Shown here one piece after another: positions 33,701 through 42,706 of a DNA stretch of 64,000 nucleotides (within the stretch, counting starts at the first letter, position 1; every line of letters begins with the position of its first letter). The DNA lies in assembly GCA_965116205.1 (NCBI GenBank), contig OZ220493.1, positions 1,547,029 through 1,611,028 of the forward strand, read 5' to 3'. Source of the DNA: Arenicellales bacterium (lineage in GTDB: Bacteria > Pseudomonadota > Gammaproteobacteria > Arenicellales > JAJDZL01). A program made the translations under genes and the position numbers. The notes beneath the pieces are model-generated. The model ran no database searches, was not told where the DNA came from, and saw only the letters and a list, made by a program, of their open reading frames with translations.

Positions 33701-35271
33701 AGTATGAAACCTAATTCGCTCATTTTCGGGAATACTTTCAATGGACGATGCAAGTCAGATTCTGGGGGTTTTGGGATTGGGCGTAGCAAGTGAAAATTAT
33801 TTTGACGAATTAGACGCCAATGCCACTTGTGGGAACCATAGTTTAAGGTTCGTAACCAAGAACCCTCCCGACAGATGTGTTTGTGGAATTTTTTGAAGAA
33901 ATTTGATTGTGAGATGATCGTAGTAAGTAAAAAACAAGAGTCATCGGATAATTTCTGATACTTGGTGTGCTGTTCTATAGCGGGTAACACTAGGGGAAGT
34001 AGAACGATCTGAGACAGTAGTTGATTCCAAGTTTTGTATATTTCTTCTTCGTCTAAAGTTTCGTGATCAAAATACATGGGGGGTTCGTTCAAGCTCTCAA
34101 AGTGTCTGATTTTATTGCGCCCAGAATCTAGAAAAAATTGACCATGAAGAAGCAATACAAACGAATTTTTTGAACCATGCATCTCAAGGTATTCGTAACA
34201 ATGGTCATCCTCTAATGGTAAGAATACAGTCCAAAGAAGGTGAGAGCTGACTTCAATATTATGAGTAGAAGAGATGATTACAGCCGCTTCCGGACGGTTT
34301 TTATCCAGAATTTCAATCTCAGCTCCGGACTCATCGTAATTATGAGTTTTGGGCCAAGCAGGCATTTCTCTCAATTTCAATATGCGGGTATCATCACTTT
34401 CATTCTTCAACCCTGTGAATATCAATGGTTGCTGCAGATTTGACAGCTGGATTTTACCTTGAGCTGTTTCGACACATAAATCGCTGAGCAGCCGAGACCC
34501 TGAAAATTGAACAGCAAAATTGTTGTTTTCCTTTTGTTGTTCAACACGCTCGACGTGTCGAAGAAGTGGTAGAAATTCTGCTATCTTATAGGTGAGTGAA
34601 TTGTCGTTCAAGAATTGCAATTCGGTTTCGGGGGCGTCTCCTGGAAAACGATTGACTATAACACCCGTTGTAATACCTTGTGGCGTATCAAGATGGGCTT
34701 TTTTTCTTAGTGGAAGCCAAAGCAAGAACCACGCACAATTTTTATTTGAGCCACTACTTAATTCTTCACCCTTTAGTTTCAAGCGTTTCCAATCGCCCGA
34801 ATCAATTGCATTCCAGTTGTCATGGTGTTTCGTCTCTTTCCATGGATTAACTCCCCTCATAAAGTATTGTTTTCCATCCCAAGCAACGTAGAAAAAGGCT
34901 TCACATAAATGAAAAACACTCTTTAAACCGAGTCCAAATTTGCCTATGGTGTCTGATTGACCTGCTTTACTACCAATTCCAAATGAACTGATGCCATGGA
35001 CATCATTTTCTTTAAACTCACCGTTGTTGAAGAACCAAAGTCCGGTACCCTTTAACAGTGGATTGGGTGAGTCTGGGAAACCGCAATGTTTACCAAATAT
35101 AAATGTTCGAGCTTTGGCATCGTCGGCGTTTTGGATCAATTCTTTGAGTATAGGAAAACCATTCTGATAACGATTTCGAAGATTGTCACGTAGCAGATTA
35201 ATGAGGTTGACTGTAAGTCCACCAACAAAAGAATTTTCAGTGGGTATTTGTAAATCGGGTTTCTTAGACAC
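27787..35271 (-). CDS. 2494-aa protein with two sacsin-like GHKL/HSP90-type ATPase modules and an unknown C-terminal domain
   Basis: LKELIQNADDA...IGKFGLGLKSVF near the N-terminus, and MELFQNADDA...TGKFGLGFKSVF near 30230-30495. The GTG start has a strong SD (AGGAGGTGA). Confidence 0.85.
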   Translation of the reverse strand: MSKKPDLQIPTENSFVGGLTVNLINLLRDNLRNRYQNGFPILKELIQNADDAKARTFIFGKHCGFPDSPNPLLKGTGLWFFNNGEFKENDVHGISSFGIGSKAGQSDTIGKFGLGLKSVFHLCEAFFYVAWDGKQYFMRGVNPWKETKHHDNWNAIDSGDWKRLKLKGEELSSGSNKNCAWFLLWLPLRKKAHLDTPQGITTGVIVNRFPGDAPETELQFLNDNSLTYKIAEFLPLLRHVERVEQQKENNNFAVQFSGSRLLSDLCVETAQGKIQLSNLQQPLIFTGLKNESDDTRILKLREMPAWPKTHNYDESGAEIEILDKNRPEAAVIISSTHNIEVSSHLLWTVFLPLEDDHCYEYLEMHGSKNSFVLLLHGQFFLDSGRNKIRHFESLNEPPMYFDHETLDEEEIYKTWNQLLSQIVLLPLVLPAIEQHTKYQKLSDDSCFLLTTIISQSNFFKKFHKHICREGSWLRTLNYGSHKWHWRLIRQNNFHLLRPIPKPPESDLHRPLKVFPKMSELGFILYDYSAPNLSLQKFEWQEEEIVSLLSQIHGLFRNQGHMDYLKDFLDSCGEQYLNSQLVQNELIVLIRDEILNLDKESLHHVVSKSKRLISFIRPENRLELADKLRKQDLDELLQINKLDSFLLVPKGMDAEEKGIAIPGWDTLNKYLSTLADSFDRQSLDVEQTRIKKGIEGLLNTIETEGLRNFLEKYPTCNVINVRDARSSKDKLVDINTLNRFQKSETLFRLTAGLRSNSLGITPTLVRVLLDSEVTLISINEYRKFHGNVEDLPSADDSVACLATIGKYSGQLGDFSERRAMLKKVNDPEAVDDALRGLRYLLHGSQTHRDDLDSTLWFKSDGELGTAWQKLWMVLNLDKEWSVIPDELVNVLPRYLLLQATVKEINKSSLIEDLYKIYKSPQDAPDLQVLCIRERDEVLSCIESEEVWKWLPAHTTVKGGCTSVDIEVYLAPPDFDTSDPLVGEITLVKQSENPSQADKQKKWLSSFDDKAILKVALNPKFQLPQKYWMHIINALMNLANRIPNSLLDSVKNTAWLPTEYEVPVKPLHVFDIQGEFHDEISRLLSEYRVLKETKDEKPCFALSNDIKSEVQEHKAWECVRKLFVSDTRSQNFLDQLCVLLENLPKYHIGEILEQPSDKKIQILARHNNLPGWRLLQMVANDDPEIAWERLKPSLTKPIDFEKLIGVLNFLSSEDTDWKARKSLYDIYLCQLVKQHYKKVGTQLPHISLASEAKTWCKSTMLCTRTHTHGIARKYLLDRNQDSILNNLICRNRINSREKNLKLEISNSKFEQLLGSIDNDLRCYFKPWESTLVPKPLIGAVCSLLSQSVRNLAGEYLKPHSFNWFVGELNKKWATRRDDMRGGGMSLEEALNSIRVGVTVQEKDQVEVLNILCDRIPLPLNNEPDTILAGNLLWSSTSDNSVVIPLREIDPPQLSADKLKRILLYSAECLCSDLHDQKVNLNSLWKELNKSNQLEIETARQLILENIPFYLQRFSVRNKQLINHLTAFDSLRRQLAEAETAKKNKEEIEDIRGKLRKKLEILAECIKKPKVQRTILKAVKNELKKYQYDLSSIPMELFQNADDATVEIKQFEQTVESRFAVQEWRNGIAFAHWGRPVNATLIGFNYNKQNYEKDLEKMLILSASNKTDQKSLTGKFGLGFKSVFLACEEPLILSGLLAVRIVAGMLPQPLKNEIVDKEMRRLNELGRKTNLPGTLINLPNVKDKQQVILEQFKHLAGILCIFGKAINIIEIHSSTTKTVSEWKPMQICPDVEMGNLDIEIDGSKQTKAMCIRGKHGDLLIAIGPKGYRQIPKNIPALWVTTPTQEVSHVGFVLNGNFAIDVGRGRLVGDIQYNVNKAEKIGNQAGNTLGNLFEYSRNNWCDFRSKLGLEANFSPLDFWESIWLGLTEKSLTKDVDNLPRVVVETALAKLCDFKQAIPNGLKGCLRAFSSLNDIQFHLHKLLLHEDICRELSTWKHFSKHYSGTNCVSERTANILKKTKNINLQCLEISTFIKYLEHNRVKPKDAKVLGRLYLMTKTKDHQYWKSEEVTDQLNELQFKSEADKDKWIGSKNLLTCQITSGDYDELLRHRLAPPERRLHRSYYKVDALDVEASANEFFRFCRNRMEAPAEELAKWVLNADTEKSRFNALVYLAEGDLSVDVAKLIRNKRWLKEFFPPDNFALPIELTENQRKEVRRLLGPDWDPGPPGPPLPLPIDLQTALDRLYKWWEKNEHLELTEYRKKIYPQEFQQKSEKDNSWWFMLLALGSFQSIGRTKEEHHRKFILDCRQRGWWNTFTSSDPNKAPDQWMNIIEQFIEEEDEKWTLWMSQFPRLYRLKRGLDDYKELFQSLSLFTKVITVDMILDPRNNPHLQGGGIDPPSLKRTLKVGYPFVIRELLYHRLIDETPFIKPHAYAPIRRIRRFFETFGEEVSTSPELYDILKRHLGIQKATFNGSYDIPLRIITLESHYDKHNQLFGRVIA

Positions 35272-35280
35272 TAACTCAAT

Positions 35281-35289
35281 TCACCTCCT
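35281..35289 (-). promoter_or_regulatory. Shine-Dalgarno sequence of the sacsin-like gene
   Basis: The reverse complement of tcacctcct is AGGAGGTGA, 9 nt before the GTG at 35271. Confidence 0.75.
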
Positions 35290-35636
35290 ATTATCTTGTT
35301 TTGTAATTTTGTATGAGTTAAGCCCAGCAGCTACTGAATCAATTGTATTTGACTAAATTGGGCCGATAATCCTTGTTCGCACATAGTAGCATTTGGAGCA
35401 CTGTCGGTATTCAGTCAGAGATTGACGCCTTCAATACCCCCAACAGAACGGATGCATATCGGATCGATTTTAACGATGATTAGAATGACTGCTCTGCCAT
35501 TTCGGTAGAATCCGCTTGATTTTTATATCGCTGAACTACTGACTTGATTCAAAAAAGTTGGTTGTATCTGATCCTCCAAAAGCCTGTATTATGACTTGTG
35601 TATAGCTGAATTGTGCTAAAATTCAATTATTGCTTG

Positions 35637-35674
35637 AAAAAACGAAAGGGGGCGATAAGCGCCCCCTTTCTTTT
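35637..35674. terminator. Bidirectional intrinsic terminator
   Basis: An 11-bp stem GAAAGGGGGCG / CGCCCCCTTTC with loop ATAAG, an A run on the left and a T run on the right. Confidence 0.8.
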
Positions 35675-35704
35675 GTCCTTATCGCATAGCGACAGTATAG
35701 GACT

Positions 35705-35799
35705 GCCCGAGTGACAGAACGGTTAATGTGCGGGGTTTGCAACCCCTGGCTCCACTGGATAATCCAGACTGGTAGCGGGTTCAACTCCCGCCTCGGGCT
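35705..35799 (+). tRNA. Non-canonical tRNA-like gene with long variable arm; anticodon UGC (7-nt loop) or GCA (8-nt loop)
   Basis: Acceptor GCCCGAG/CTCGGGC, U8, D-arm ACA-GAACGGTTAA-TGT, anticodon arm CGGGG-TTTGCAA(C)-CCC, variable hairpin CTGGA-TAA-TCCAG, T-arm GCGGG-TTCAACT-CCCGC, and discriminator U followed by TCA. Confidence 0.7.
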
Positions 35800-36274
35800 T
35801 CATCAAAGAAGTTGTAACGCAACAGATAAAGGAGCCAGTCCACCGCAACCAACCTTTTCTACGGTGATTTATAGCACAAATTATTTGCTGTATGCTCGTT
35901 TTTTCTATCGTCATGGTCTTTCTCAAGAACCGTAGACCTGCGCACTCAACCTAACTCGTAGCAATATAACGTTCTAATTGTTGTCTATCGTTTGTGAATT
36001 TGTCTTTAGTAGGTTCAGACATCCTGAACTTGTCCCATAATGATATCACTATTCGAGATGATGGAACCGTGCCAATGTCGCAGTCGTCGGTGCTCCTAAT
36101 GCCGGCCACTCCATCGCCATGACATTCGGCTACATCGTTTTTTTGGTTCATGAATCTGCGCCAAGTAGCTTTGCCGGCGTCCAGCATCAATGTTTGAGAC
36201 CTTTCGGTGTTGCATGTCTACCCCAAAACAACGTATAAACTCCATTCGTATCAAGGTAGAGTGCATCAGTTATT

Positions 36275-37543
36275 TCAATCTGTTGACGATGGTTCAGCCG
36301 GAATACGCTCCAAACGCAGTATATCATCAATTGATTCTCTCGCTCTGATCACAAAAAATTCATGACCATCAACCAGTACTTCAGCAGGTTTGGGGCGAGT
36401 ATTGTAGTTCGAAGACATCACTGCACCATAAGCTCCGGCATCAAGAACTGCGATAAAGTCGTTGGCTTTGATTGAGAGTGTTCGGTCCTTGCCCAGAAAA
36501 TCACCGGATTCACAAACGGGTCCTACTACATCATAAGTCTGTTCCTTTGTAGATTTTTTCTGCACAGGAACAATATCCATCCAGGCCTCATAGAGCACCG
36601 GTCTGAGCAGATCATTCATGGCAGCATCAATTAGTGCGAAGTTCTTTGTGCCGGTTGATTTAGTGTATTCGACTCTGCTCAGCAGGATGCCGGCATGCGC
36701 GGCTATTGCTCGTCCCGGTTCAATAGAGAGCGGCAATGAACAGTTTCGACGGTTCAATGTATTAAGAATGGTAGTACAGTACTCAGTAATGGTTGGTGGT
36801 TCTTCGTTCTTATAGCGTACACCCAGTCCACCGCCCAGGTCAAGGTGCTTAACGACAATATTCTCAGCCGCCAGCTGCTCGGTAAAATCCAACACTCGTG
36901 CCAGCGCATCGATGATTGGTTCAAGTGAAGTCATCTGTGAACCGATGTGAACTGCAATACCGACGACATCAAGGTTTTTTTCCTGTTGTGCGAATCTGAA
37001 TAGGTCCAGCGCTTCGGTGAAATCAACTCCAAATTTTGCTTCTCGAAGTCCAGTTGAAATATGTGGATGGGTGTTGGGATCAATATCAGGATTGACACGT
37101 ATACTCACCGGAGCTTGACGCTTCAGTGATCGCGCAATGTCGCATATTCGCTCCATTTCTGGACGAGATTCAACATTCAGCGAAAATATTTCTGATTCAA
37201 GCGCGAATCTGATCTCTTCTGCAGATTTGGCGACCCCGGAAAAGATGATTTTCTCAGGTTTTCCACCGGCGCGAATGACACGCTGGAGTTCGCCACCGGA
37301 TACCACATCAAATCCTGAATCCAGTTGTGCCATAAGCGCCAGAACAGCAAGATTGGAATTGGATTTCACTGAATAACAGACCGTTGCATCATGGCTTTGA
37401 AAACCACGGTTGAATTCCTGCCAATGGTGTTCTAAAGCCGCACGAGAGTAAACATAGGTTGGCGTACCAACGGTGTGCGCAATCTGTTCAAGCGAAACGT
37501 TTTCGGCGTGGAGTAGGCCGTTGTGGTAGGTAAACGGATTCAT
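36275..37543 (-). CDS. lysA: Diaminopimelate decarboxylase
   Basis: GTPTYVYS, YSVKSNSN, FDVVSGGEL, HIGSQ, EPGRAI, GPVCESGD and MSSNYNTRP. Confidence 0.97.
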   Translation of the reverse strand: MNPFTYHNGLLHAENVSLEQIAHTVGTPTYVYSRAALEHHWQEFNRGFQSHDATVCYSVKSNSNLAVLALMAQLDSGFDVVSGGELQRVIRAGGKPEKIIFSGVAKSAEEIRFALESEIFSLNVESRPEMERICDIARSLKRQAPVSIRVNPDIDPNTHPHISTGLREAKFGVDFTEALDLFRFAQQEKNLDVVGIAVHIGSQMTSLEPIIDALARVLDFTEQLAAENIVVKHLDLGGGLGVRYKNEEPPTITEYCTTILNTLNRRNCSLPLSIEPGRAIAAHAGILLSRVEYTKSTGTKNFALIDAAMNDLLRPVLYEAWMDIVPVQKKSTKEQTYDVVGPVCESGDFLGKDRTLSIKANDFIAVLDAGAYGAVMSSNYNTRPKPAEVLVDGHEFFVIRARESIDDILRLERIPAEPSSTD

Positions 37544-37664
37544 CAGCGTGGGTGCATGACAGAGAAACTAGCTGAGATTTGAAATGATATGTTCGCAGCC
37601 CGACAGAATGTAGAGAACAAACGGTGTTTAGCCAAACGCCGGGTGTTCCGGTTCTTGTCGTTCC

Positions 37665-37844
37665 TTACCCGTTAGCCGATTTCTGTGTCAGAACCGGAAG
37701 TTCAACGGCAGGAATTGCATATTCGGAATTTTCTGTCGCCGGTGGGGCGATTAACGGACCTTTCCTACCACAGGACGATGATGCCAAGGCAAGGACAACA
37801 ATCAGAGTCAGGAGAACTATTTTGCGATTTAGCTGATCAATCAT
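37665..37844 (-). CDS. lptM: Small outer-membrane lipoprotein LptM/YifL family
   Basis: A signal peptide is followed by CGRKGPL, directly upstream of lysA. The ATG at 37844 was chosen as start. Confidence 0.75.
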   Translation of the reverse strand: MIDQLNRKIVLLTLIVVLALASSSCGRKGPLIAPPATENSEYAIPAVELPVLTQKSANG

Positions 37845-37893
37845 TTCAACTGTACTGGATGGGTTAGGTTCAATACGAGGCAACGAAAAGGAA

Positions 37894-39279
37894 TTATGCC
37901 ACTCTTTTTCTACCGGCTTGCACTGCCAACCGCACCTGTCGCGGCGCTGTTCCACCTACGTGGTCGCGAGAAGCAACTGAATTTTCAGGATTAAGAGTGC
38001 TCAGAGCTTGTTCATCAAACGCCGGGTGAAATTGTTTTATGTCGTTCAGACTGAGTGATTCTAAGGAACGTTGTTGGTCCACACAGTGCCGCACGAGTTG
38101 TCCAACTACCGCGTGCGCGTCTCGAAATGGGATATTCTGTCTCACTAGATAGTCTGCTAAATCGGTGGCAGTGGCATATCCCTCTGCTGTAGCAGCTCGC
38201 ATCCGTTCTCGGTTGGGTTCCATGTTCTGAATCATACGGTGCATGATGTCGACACTGGCAATGATTGTGTCGATGGCATCAAACAGGGCTTCCTTGTCCT
38301 CTTGGTTATCCCGATTGTAGGCCAGTGGTTGAGCTTTCATGAGTACCAACAGTGTTTGCAGATTGCCAATCGTTCGAGCACTTTTACCGCGTACCAGTTC
38401 GGCAATGTCCGGATTCTTTTTCTGGGGCATGATGCTGGAACCCGTCGTGAACTGATCTGGCAGCTGAACGAACTGAAATCTTTCCGACGTCCACAAGATC
38501 AACTCTTCGCCGATTCGAGACAGGTGAACCATGGTGAGTGCCGCGTGGGCGGTGAACTCAATAGCAAAGTCACGGTCGGAAACCGCATCAATTGAGTTGG
38601 CCATGATTTCAGCAAAGCCCAGCTCAGTCGCCGTCATTTCTCGATCAATTGGAAAGCTGGTGCCCGCCAGTGCGGCGGCGCCCAATGGCGACTGATTAAG
38701 TCTTATCCGTGCATCCATAAAGCGCTGTCGGTCGCGGTCAAGCATTTCGAACCAAGCCATGAGGTGGTGACCGAGAGTAATGGGTTGTGCAGTCTGCAGG
38801 TGCGTTAAGCCCGGCATAATCGTCTCGGCTTCGGTCTCTGCGAGGTCAAGTAGTGTTAGCTGAAACTCTTGAATGCTCTTAACGATTCGATCTATGGCAT
38901 CTCGAGTATAGAGTCTGAGGTCGGTTGCCACTTGATCATTTCTTGATCGGCCACTATGAAGTTTCTTACCTGCATCACCAATTTCTTCAGTGAGTCGCTG
39001 TTCAATGTTCATATGAACATCTTCTAGCTGGTCAGACCATTCAAAAGTTCCCGATTCAATTATTTGTAGAATATGCTGCAATCCATTGTGGATTGCATCG
39101 TGTTCTGAGTCACTTAAAATGCCTACTTGGCGTAGCATGCGCGCGTGGGCCATTGAGCCGTCAATATCATGACGATATAGCCGTCGGTCAAATGCAACAG
39201 AGGTACTGAATTGTTCTACCAGTGCGTCAGTAGGTTGATTGAACCGTCCGCCCCAGAGCTTTGGTGAATCGGAACTCAT
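37894..39279 (-). CDS. argH: Argininosuccinate lyase
   Basis: [25 protein letters not shown] and [12 protein letters not shown]. Confidence 0.97.
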   Translation of the reverse strand: MSSDSPKLWGGRFNQPTDALVEQFSTSVAFDRRLYRHDIDGSMAHARMLRQVGILSDSEHDAIHNGLQHILQIIESGTFEWSDQLEDVHMNIEQRLTEEIGDAGKKLHSGRSRNDQVATDLRLYTRDAIDRIVKSIQEFQLTLLDLAETEAETIMPGLTHLQTAQPITLGHHLMAWFEMLDRDRQRFMDARIRLNQSPLGAAALAGTSFPIDREMTATELGFAEIMANSIDAVSDRDFAIEFTAHAALTMVHLSRIGEELILWTSERFQFVQLPDQFTTGSSIMPQKKNPDIAELVRGKSARTIGNLQTLLVLMKAQPLAYNRDNQEDKEALFDAIDTIIASVDIMHRMIQNMEPNRERMRAATAEGYATATDLADYLVRQNIPFRDAHAVVGQLVRHCVDQQRSLESLSLNDIKQFHPAFDEQALSTLNPENSVASRDHVGGTAPRQVRLAVQAGRKRVA

Positions 39280-39617
39280 CGGATGTCGAATTGGTTTTCT
39301 AAATTTTCAGGACAAAATCGACCAATAGTGAGCTGGTAACCTTCCATCAGTGCGCCCCATCGCGGAAACTCGTGATATAGTGCGTCGACTGCGTGTCATC
39401 GGGGGTGTACGATTTCAGCTTCTATTGCCTGACCATCCCTTCATTATAATGATTGAATGTGCTTGCGACGTGTCGCACCTGAGAAAATGATATTTGATTG
39501 AATCTTGTTTCATGCCGAACTTTTTCGCAATCCAATTGATAGATGGTCTCTCTTCCCTGAAACTGACTGTGCAACACGCCCGGTTTTCTCAGATACCAGA
39601 TCGGTAGAGTTCATAAG

Positions 39618-40535
39618 ATGCCGGTCATCCGCATTGGTACCCGCGGTAGTCAGCTCGCACTGTGGCAAGCCAATCACATCGCTGAATGCATCAACAACCG
39701 ATTGCCGGGGATTCAAACAAAAATCATTTCGATCAAGACTGAAGCTGACCGCCGACCGGACGTTCTACTCAGTGAAATGGGTGGCAAGGGCCTGTTCATC
39801 AAGGAATTGGAGCAGGCTCTGCTAGACGGGCGGATTGACATTGCGGTTCACTCGATGAAAGATGTCACCGTAGAATTAGCCGAAGATTTTTATATCGCCG
39901 CCGTTTTACCGCGGGGTAATCCGTACGATGCGTTCGTCTCATCAAAATATCGTTCACTGGCAGAGCTTCCACTAGAAGCTACTGTTGGAACTTGCAGTCT
40001 GCGGCGACAGAGTCAGTTGTTGTCGATCCGACCTGATCTCAACATAGTTCCCGTGCGCGGCAATGTAACGACCCGGCTGAAACGACTGGACCGCGGCGAC
40101 TTTGATGCAATCATTCTGGCAGTATCGGGACTATGTCGCTTAGGGTTAGCGCCGCGCATTACGGAAGTGCTCGACCAGTCACCCCATATTCCATCTCCGG
40201 GTCAGGGTGCTTTGGGAATCGAATGCCGCGCGGATGACCGGCAGTTGATTGCGAATCTGCAGACGCTGGTTGACGAAACGAGCAGTACCGAGGTGCTGAC
40301 CGAAAGGGTGGTGAATGCGAGTTTAGGCGGCAGCTGTCATGTACCAATTGGAGTCCTAGCTAAATGTCAGGGTGATCATTATCAACTATCTGCTTTTGTG
40401 GGCAGTGTGGATGCGAAATCCACGCTTATTGAGACCCTCAGTGACGGCCTTGAAGGACTGACGACCGGTATCGAAGTGGTGGTGGAGAAATTGAATCAAC
40501 GCGGTGCGCAGGAAATTCTTGCCAACCGCATTTGA
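39618..40535 (+). CDS. hemC: Hydroxymethylbilane synthase
   Basis: IGTRGSQLALWQA, GGKGLFIKELE, AVHSMKD, RGNV.TRL and GGSCHVPIG. Confidence 0.97.
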   Translation: MPVIRIGTRGSQLALWQANHIAECINNRLPGIQTKIISIKTEADRRPDVLLSEMGGKGLFIKELEQALLDGRIDIAVHSMKDVTVELAEDFYIAAVLPRGNPYDAFVSSKYRSLAELPLEATVGTCSLRRQSQLLSIRPDLNIVPVRGNVTTRLKRLDRGDFDAIILAVSGLCRLGLAPRITEVLDQSPHIPSPGQGALGIECRADDRQLIANLQTLVDETSSTEVLTERVVNASLGGSCHVPIGVLAKCQGDHYQLSAFVGSVDAKSTLIETLSDGLEGLTTGIEVVVEKLNQRGAQEILANRI

Positions 40536-41326
40536 AGTGTTTAGGCATGGTCGGTCTTGCTGGAGCAGTCGTTCTCATTACGCGACCGGCCGCGTATGCG
40601 GAGTATCTCAACAATGAAGTCAGACGGTTGGGCGGCCGGGGTATGGTATTTCCGACTTTGGCTATTGAGCACTGTACAGATGGATTGGATGAGGAGAGTT
40701 TTACCGGCCATGATCTCGCTATTTTCACCAGCCGAAATGCAGTGGCGGCGGTCGCTGATTATCTTGAACAATCCGCTTTTGAGTGGCCGGTTTCACTGCG
40801 CTGTGCGGCAGTGGGGAACCGAACGGCCGAGGCTGCACGCCACACATTCAACGTTGATAATGTCATAGCTCCTACTGAATACTATGGCGCGTCGGCATTG
40901 ATGGCCCATCAGTCAATACAGAATCTTGTCGGTCAAAAAGTGATATTTTTCGATGGTGGCGGACCACGTAGTGCGTTGCTGGTCTGCATGTTGGAAGATA
41001 AAGGCTGTAAAGTGGTAACGCACGCCGTAGTATACAATCGGGTGCGGCCACCCTCGGATGCAGGTGAGTTACAAGATATTTTTACGCGCGATGGGGTGAA
41101 CTTCGTCGTTCTAACTAGCGTCGAAGCGGCAGAAAATTTGATTGACATGCTTGACAGAGCAGCGGTGGATGCATTAAAACGCGCCGATATGATTGTTTAT
41201 AGCCAGCGAATTGAACAGGCGTTGTTGCAGAGAGGTTTTGATAATACTGTCGTAGCTGACATGCCTTCTGACGATTCGGTCATTGAATTGATGAGTCGAT
41301 TATGGGAACAGCGGGCGTCGCGATAA
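40532..41326 (+). CDS. hemD: Uroporphyrinogen-III synthase
   Basis: VLITRP, IFTSRNAV, AVG..TA, VY.R and LTS motifs; lies directly after hemC. Confidence 0.88.
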   Translation: MKCLGMVGLAGAVVLITRPAAYAEYLNNEVRRLGGRGMVFPTLAIEHCTDGLDEESFTGHDLAIFTSRNAVAAVADYLEQSAFEWPVSLRCAAVGNRTAEAARHTFNVDNVIAPTEYYGASALMAHQSIQNLVGQKVIFFDGGGPRSALLVCMLEDKGCKVVTHAVVYNRVRPPSDAGELQDIFTRDGVNFVVLTSVEAAENLIDMLDRAAVDALKRADMIVYSQRIEQALLQRGFDNTVVADMPSDDSVIELMSRLWEQRASR

Positions 41327-41386
41327 TAGCATTACAGAACAACAATCACGATATTGGTATGATTTGATTGGACAGGAAAAGGTAAT

Positions 41387-42703
41387 ATGGCAGAATCAGA
41401 AGAGCAAATGAAAAAAACGGATAAGGCGACCCACGACAGTGAACAGGTGGTAACGGATAAGGCTGGCTCGACTAATTCTGCTGTCGCCGATTCGATTGCA
41501 TCAGACGATGGTAGTCCGGAGTCCACTCAAAACACTACTAAAACTGCAGCTGAACAAGCTGAAAAAATGGGAAAAGTGGCGCCGGCAGCGACGACAAGAC
41601 AAGAAAAAAATAGTGAGGTACCCACTGACCAAAAACCCTCTCGGCGAAAGCGGGGCGGTGTCATCGTTGCGCTCTTATTGGCATTGATCGCCGTGGGAAG
41701 TTCAGCGTACCTCGGTTATCGCTTGGAAGTGGAAATCGTACCACAGATTGAGAAGGAGCGGACTCGAGTTGATGATCTCGCCAGCAGGGTTCAAGCCATG
41801 CGGGAAAATGAGAAGCAGTGGGCCGCCGAGTTGAATTTCGAGGCACAGGAACTCCGTTCACAGTTCGAACATCAAGCCGGGCAGCTCAGTGAAATGGATG
41901 ACCGACTGACTGCAATAAATGCTGAGTTGGGTCGGGAACTGGATGCTATTATTGAATCGACTGCATCGCTTTATCAGGATTTTGATGCGCGTCCTCAAGA
42001 CTGGGAACTGGATGACGTTTCTCTGCTGTTGCGGGTCGGTGCCAAACAGTTGCAGTTGACTGGTGACCCGAAGGCGATACTACCAATCTGGCAGACTGCT
42101 GTCGACCAGGTTGGACGGATATCGGATCCTAAAATACTGGTTGTTCGCGCACAGTTGCAGAAAGAAATAGCGCTGCTGGAAAACATGTCAGTGGTTGATC
42201 TCGAATTGATATCAACCAATATTCTGCATTTGATTGACGCGGTTGATGATCTGTCCATGCGTACTCCACCGCAGACACTGTTGGTCAATACTGCTGCAGT
42301 GGCTACTGAAGAAGTGGATGTTCCAGAAATGTCGAGTGTACGGGCCATGTTCCAGACCATCTGGATGGACGTGAAATCATTGATTCGCGTTACCCGAGTT
42401 GCAGACTCAGATTCCCTGCCTGTCAATCCAAATCTCCAGAATGAATTGATACAGCATCTCAAACTGTCGTTGGCAGCGGCACAGGTCGCCGCACTGAGGG
42501 AACAGACGGGTGTTTATCGAGCTAACCTTCAGTTCGTGAAATCGGTCATTGCCGACCAATTCGATATGGCCAACGAGTCCGTGGTTGATTTTTCCAACAC
42601 CTTGGACGAACTGTTGGCATTGCCATTGATAGTCCAGTTGCCCGACCTTTCAGGTGCCTACGAGCTTCTGCAGGAGATGCTCAATCGCCCGCCCGCCGAA
42701 TAG
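41387..42703 (+). CDS. hemX: HemX-family membrane protein
   Basis: One TM segment, a coiled coil, DW.L....LLR, L.L.L..AQ.A.L, and position in hemCDXY. Confidence 0.8.
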   Translation: MAESEEQMKKTDKATHDSEQVVTDKAGSTNSAVADSIASDDGSPESTQNTTKTAAEQAEKMGKVAPAATTRQEKNSEVPTDQKPSRRKRGGVIVALLLALIAVGSSAYLGYRLEVEIVPQIEKERTRVDDLASRVQAMRENEKQWAAELNFEAQELRSQFEHQAGQLSEMDDRLTAINAELGRELDAIIESTASLYQDFDARPQDWELDDVSLLLRVGAKQLQLTGDPKAILPIWQTAVDQVGRISDPKILVVRAQLQKEIALLENMSVVDLELISTNILHLIDAVDDLSMRTPPQTLLVNTAAVATEEVDVPEMSSVRAMFQTIWMDVKSLIRVTRVADSDSLPVNPNLQNELIQHLKLSLAAAQVAALREQTGVYRANLQFVKSVIADQFDMANESVVDFSNTLDELLALPLIVQLPDLSGAYELLQEMLNRPPAE

Positions 42704-42706
42704 TTC

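Noticed and set aside
35705..35802. tRNA-Sec or tmRNA interpretation of the tRNA-like element
   Set aside because: The anticodon is not UCA and the fold is 7/5 rather than 8/5. There is no G3.U70 pair or tag reading frame for tmRNA.
35711..36190. Short ORFs 35711-35935, 35723-35926 and 35951-36190
   Set aside because: No recognisable motifs. Two of them overlap the tRNA-like structure and are probably spurious.
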